Of a stretch of 64,000 bases of DNA, positions 60,468 through 64,000 are shown piece after piece (position 1 is the stretch's first letter; every line of letters starts with the position of its first letter). The notes under the pieces are model-generated. The model searched no databases. It was not told the DNA's origin and worked only from the letters and a program-made list of their open reading frames with translations. The stretch covers positions 2,617 to 66,616 of the forward strand of contig JAZBNR010000065.1 of NCBI GenBank assembly GCA_036350735.1. Reading direction: 5' to 3'. The position numbers and the translations under genes are program-made. The stretch is from Erythrobacter sp. (GTDB taxonomy: Bacteria > Pseudomonadota > Alphaproteobacteria > Sphingomonadales > Sphingomonadaceae).

Positions 60468-63377
60468 CTAAGCGCCGGTGTCGGCACCCGGCGATGCCGG
60501 CGGCTGCGCTGCTTCTGGCAGGACGAGGAACTGCACCGCGTCGTCGCTCGCCAGATATTGCCGCGCAAGCGCCTGAATATCCTGCGGCGTCGTCGCGGCG
60601 AGCAAGTCCGGATAGTCGAGGAAACGCTCCAGCCGCTCGGGCTCGCTCTGGGCACGGGCGGCTAGGCCGAGCCATCCCCCCAAACTTTTGAGCGCGTTCT
60701 GATAATCCTCCTGCAAGGGCCGGCGCGCGCGCTCCAGCGAGTCTTCATCGATGGGTGCCGTGCGCAGCCCCTCGATCAGCTCGACAATCGCTGTGCGCGC
60801 CGCTTCGACCTGTTTCGCATCGACCGAGACGGAGACGAGGAAAGTGCCATAGTCTTCGTAATGATGGCTCATGTCGCTCCCCGCTCCGGGGGAATAGGCT
60901 TGGCCGAGCTCCTCGCGCAGTTTTTCCTGCAGGAGGATGCGCACGACCCCGGTGAGGAGCCGCATCTGCGCGAACTTGACTGGATCGCTGTCGTCGTCAG
61001 TCGGCCAGACGAAGCGGATGAGCGCCTGGTCGGCTTCCCCCTGGTGACGCAGCACATACTGGCCGCGCTCGTCGGTGAAGCTGCGCTGTCGGCCTTCCTC
61101 GCGCGGGCGGAAGTTTGCCTCGCGCTGCGGGAGCGCGCCGAAGGTCTGCGCGACCGCGAGAATCGCCGCTTCCTCGTCCAGATCGCCCACCAGCGCGATT
61201 TCCAGCGCCCCTACGGTGAGGCGGTCGGCGATCGCTGCCTCGAGCTGTGCGAAATCGAGCGCGAAATAGGCCTCGCGAGGTTGCAGCGAAAAGCGCGGAT
61301 CATCGTCAGACAAGATCGCCCCGCTGCGCGAATCATAGGCGCGCTGGGGGGTCGCGGTCAGCGTCTCGAAGAAGTCGTCGATACCCTTGCGGAACCGCGC
61401 GACCGCCTCGGGGCGATAGCCCGGATCGGTGAGGAAGGCTGCCGCGAGTTGCAGCTGAAGGAGGAGGTCTTCGGGCGTTGTCGCCCCGCTTGCGACAAAC
61501 GCGTCGGTGCCCGAGCCGAAGTTGAGGCTCACGGTCCGCCCAGCGAGAATGGTCGAGAGATCATCTTGGCTGTGCTCGCCAAGCCCGCCGGCGGTGAAGG
61601 AGCCAGCGAGGTAGGTTCTGAGCGGGTCCTCGCGCGTGTTCATGAGGTCGCCGCCGTCGAGCGACATGCGAAAGGCGATGCGGTCCTTGTTGATGTCGGT
61701 CGACTTCAACGTGAGGCGCACGCCATTGGCAAAAGTGATCGTGCGCAGACCGAATTCGCCGGTCCGCTCATCGGCGACGACGCGGCCGGGCTCGCCGAAA
61801 TCGGAATAGGCGAACTCGATCGAAGCCTGCTCCTCGGGTGGCGCGATCGGAAGCGCCATCGCCTCCTCAAACGTCGCCCGGAGCGCAGCTTCGCCGCCTT
61901 CGGGCGCTGTGCGCCCGGTAAAGCGGATCAGCGGATCCTCGATCCCTCCTGCTTGCGCCTGGAGCGCGTCGAGAACAGCCTCGGGGGTGATTATCGGCTC
62001 GAGCGCGTTGAAACGCTCGAGCGCGCTCTGCGGTGTCGTCGGCACGATCTCGTTGGCGACAAGCCCCAGCGCATCGCCGACGAACACAGCATTGCTGCGC
62101 GTTTGCGCCGAATTGACCGCGTTCTCGAGCGCGGCGCGCTGCCGCCTTACCTGCTCGGCAATTTCGGCTTCGGTAAAGCCATAGGCCAGCGCCTCGTTGA
62201 CAGTGCGCACAGCTGTCAGCATCGCTGGGCGCCAACCGCCCTCCACACTGCGGATCGAAAGGGCGGTGGTGCGAGCATCTTCGAAGAGATCCCCGGTCCC
62301 GAAATCGGCGCTACGAAAGGGTGCTTCCTCGGCGCGGGCGAGTTTCTCAAGACGGCGATTGACGATGCCGTAACCGATCGAGCGCAGCACCTTGCGAGCC
62401 CTCGTGCGCGCAGTGTCGGGCTCATCGACATAAGGATACAGCCGCTCGATCCGCACCTCTTCGGGAAGCGCGGGATCGAGATAGATGTCGGTTTCGCCCT
62501 TGCGCGCGGGATCGATCGGTCCAGCCTCGGGCTTCGTCGGCGCGGGCGGCCCGCTCCAGTCGGCAAAAGCCGCGATGACCTTGGCCTCGATCAGGTCCAC
62601 CGGAAAATCGCCCACGATCACGAGCACGGTATTGGCCGGCGTGTAGGTCCGCTCGTAGAGTGCGCGAAGGCGCTCTGCATTGGCCGCGAGAATGACGTCC
62701 TGGGTGCCGATCGGCAACCGCTCTCCAAATCGTGCGCTGGGGGCAAAGAAGGCGATCTGGTCCTCGAACGCACGCTGGCGAAAGTTCGCCCGATCTCGTT
62801 TCTCCGCGAGGATGATGCCGCGCTCGCGTTCGATGGAATCCTCGGCGAGGGTGAGCTCGCTCGCGGTCTCGCGCATGAGCATCAGCGCGGTGTCGAGCAG
62901 ATCCTCCTCGTTGCGCGGCAGGTTCAGCATGTAGGTGACGGCCTCGAACCCGGTAGACGCATTTGTGTCTGCACCGAAGGCCAGCCCCTCGCGCTCGAGG
63001 AGCTTGATCATCTCGCCTTCGGGAATGCCGGCCGAACCGTTGAACGCCATATGCTCAAGATAATGGGCAAGGCCGCGCTCCTCGTCAGTCTCCTCGAGCG
63101 AGCCGGAGCCGATCCGCATACGCACCAGGGCGGTGCCTTCGGGGGTCGCATTTTCGCGCAGGATGTACCGCAAGCCGTTGTCGAGCACGCCGAAGCGGTA
63201 GTCCGGATCGACGGGTAGGTCGCTCGCCTCGAAGGCCCAGGTCGGCTCCTCCCCGGATGGCGAAGCGACAGCCATCGCGCTGTCGGAGCCGGCTTCCTGA
63301 GCGAGGAGAGAAACGGGCAGGAAGAGAAGGGCTAAAGGCGCGAGGGCCACCTTAGCGGCGCGCGGGACGAAGGTCAT
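60468..63377 (-). CDS. Periplasmic M16 zinc protease (PqqL-like)
   Basis: Signal peptide, LDNGLRY, GLAHYLEHMAFNGS (inverted HxxEH), second-half NGV repeat, LREELGQAYS. Confidence 0.92.
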   Translation of the reverse strand: MTFVPRAAKVALAPLALLFLPVSLLAQEAGSDSAMAVASPSGEEPTWAFEASDLPVDPDYRFGVLDNGLRYILRENATPEGTALVRMRIGSGSLEETDEERGLAHYLEHMAFNGSAGIPEGEMIKLLEREGLAFGADTNASTGFEAVTYMLNLPRNEEDLLDTALMLMRETASELTLAEDSIERERGIILAEKRDRANFRQRAFEDQIAFFAPSARFGERLPIGTQDVILAANAERLRALYERTYTPANTVLVIVGDFPVDLIEAKVIAAFADWSGPPAPTKPEAGPIDPARKGETDIYLDPALPEEVRIERLYPYVDEPDTARTRARKVLRSIGYGIVNRRLEKLARAEEAPFRSADFGTGDLFEDARTTALSIRSVEGGWRPAMLTAVRTVNEALAYGFTEAEIAEQVRRQRAALENAVNSAQTRSNAVFVGDALGLVANEIVPTTPQSALERFNALEPIITPEAVLDALQAQAGGIEDPLIRFTGRTAPEGGEAALRATFEEAMALPIAPPEEQASIEFAYSDFGEPGRVVADERTGEFGLRTITFANGVRLTLKSTDINKDRIAFRMSLDGGDLMNTREDPLRTYLAGSFTAGGLGEHSQDDLSTILAGRTVSLNFGSGTDAFVASGATTPEDLLLQLQLAAAFLTDPGYRPEAVARFRKGIDDFFETLTATPQRAYDSRSGAILSDDDPRFSLQPREAYFALDFAQLEAAIADRLTVGALEIALVGDLDEEAAILAVAQTFGALPQREANFRPREEGRQRSFTDERGQYVLRHQGEADQALIRFVWPTDDDSDPVKFAQMRLLTGVVRILLQEKLREELGQAYSPGAGSDMSHHYEDYGTFLVSVSVDAKQVEAARTAIVELIEGLRTAPIDEDSLERARRPLQEDYQNALKSLGGWLGLAARAQSEPERLERFLDYPDLLAATTPQDIQALARQYLASDDAVQFLVLPEAAQPPASPGADTGA

Positions 63378-63443
63378 GGAAAGACGGATACTCCGAATTC
63401 AGTTTCGGCGACCCACCCTAGCGCTGCAATCCTGTCTGTCAGC

Positions 63444-64000
63444 TTACTTCTTGGGCGGCGGGGGCCGCAGACGCGAGCGGTGGCTCGATAGATCGAGCAC
63501 TTCGCCCGGCTGATTGTCCTCGCTCTGCAGCAGGCCGAGCCGCCGCGCGACTTCGCGGTAAGCCTCTTCCTCGCCCCCGAGATCACGGCGAAAACGATCC
63601 TTGTCGAGCTTTTCGCCGGTCGCCATGTCCCACAAGCGGCAACCATCAGGGCTGATCTCGTCGGCGAGGATCACGCGGCTGTAATCGCCATCGTAGAGCC
63701 GGCCGAACTCGAGCTTGAAATCGACGAGGCGGATATCGATCGCGGCAAACATTCCGCACAGGAAATCGTTGATGCGGATCGCCATCGAGGAGATGTCGTG
63801 CATCTCCTCGTGGCTCGCCCAGTTGAAGCAGGCGATGTGCTCTTCTGCGACCATGGGATCGCCGAGCGAATCGTCCTTGTAGTAATACTCGATCAGTGTG
63901 TGCGGCAGCGGCTCGCCTTCCTCGATCCCGAGGCGTTTTGACAACGAGCCCGCAGCGACATTCCTCACCACAACCTCGAGCGGGATGATCTCGACCTGGC
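63444..64000 (-). CDS. purC: SAICAR synthetase, 5' part beyond the window
   Basis: [47 protein letters not shown]. Confidence 0.96.
   Translation of the reverse strand, partial: QVEIIPLEVVVRNVAAGSLSKRLGIEEGEPLPHTLIEYYYKDDSLGDPMVAEEHIACFNWASHEEMHDISSMAIRINDFLCGMFAAIDIRLVDFKLEFGRLYDGDYSRVILADEISPDGCRLWDMATGEKLDKDRFRRDLGGEEEAYREVARRLGLLQSEDNQPGEVLDLSSHRSRLRPPPPKK

Overview
GC-rich alphaproteobacterial chromosome segment. Gene content and order (chvI-chvG-hprK/pckA, rnhB, ccrM, tacA, ctaH-pntA1/A2/B, orphan cpaF, purC/purS/purQ) point to Sphingomonadales, most likely Erythrobacteraceae. It holds about 60 mostly core genes, and I found no rRNA, tRNA, CRISPR array, transposase or prophage. Three small genes below the ORF-track cutoff (an aa3 oxidase subunit IV-like gene and two tandem entericidins) and a truncated hprK were read manually. 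The most notable non-standard signals are: (1) an uncharacterised exported cluster of His-rich TPR protein, beta-helix protein, diheme cytochrome c and hydrolase; (2) a dense ccrM control region with five GANTC sites, a CtrA half-site and a perfect DnaA box; (3) several EcfG-type general-stress promoters; (4) a degenerate 15-bp tandem array between pfpI and an AHL-acylase-like gene; (5) a REP/MITE-like hairpin family showing covariation; (6) a TacA whose sigma54-contact motif has degenerated; and (7) a TonB receptor plus M16 protease pair inside the pur cluster. All family assignments come from reading motifs by eye, not from database searches.
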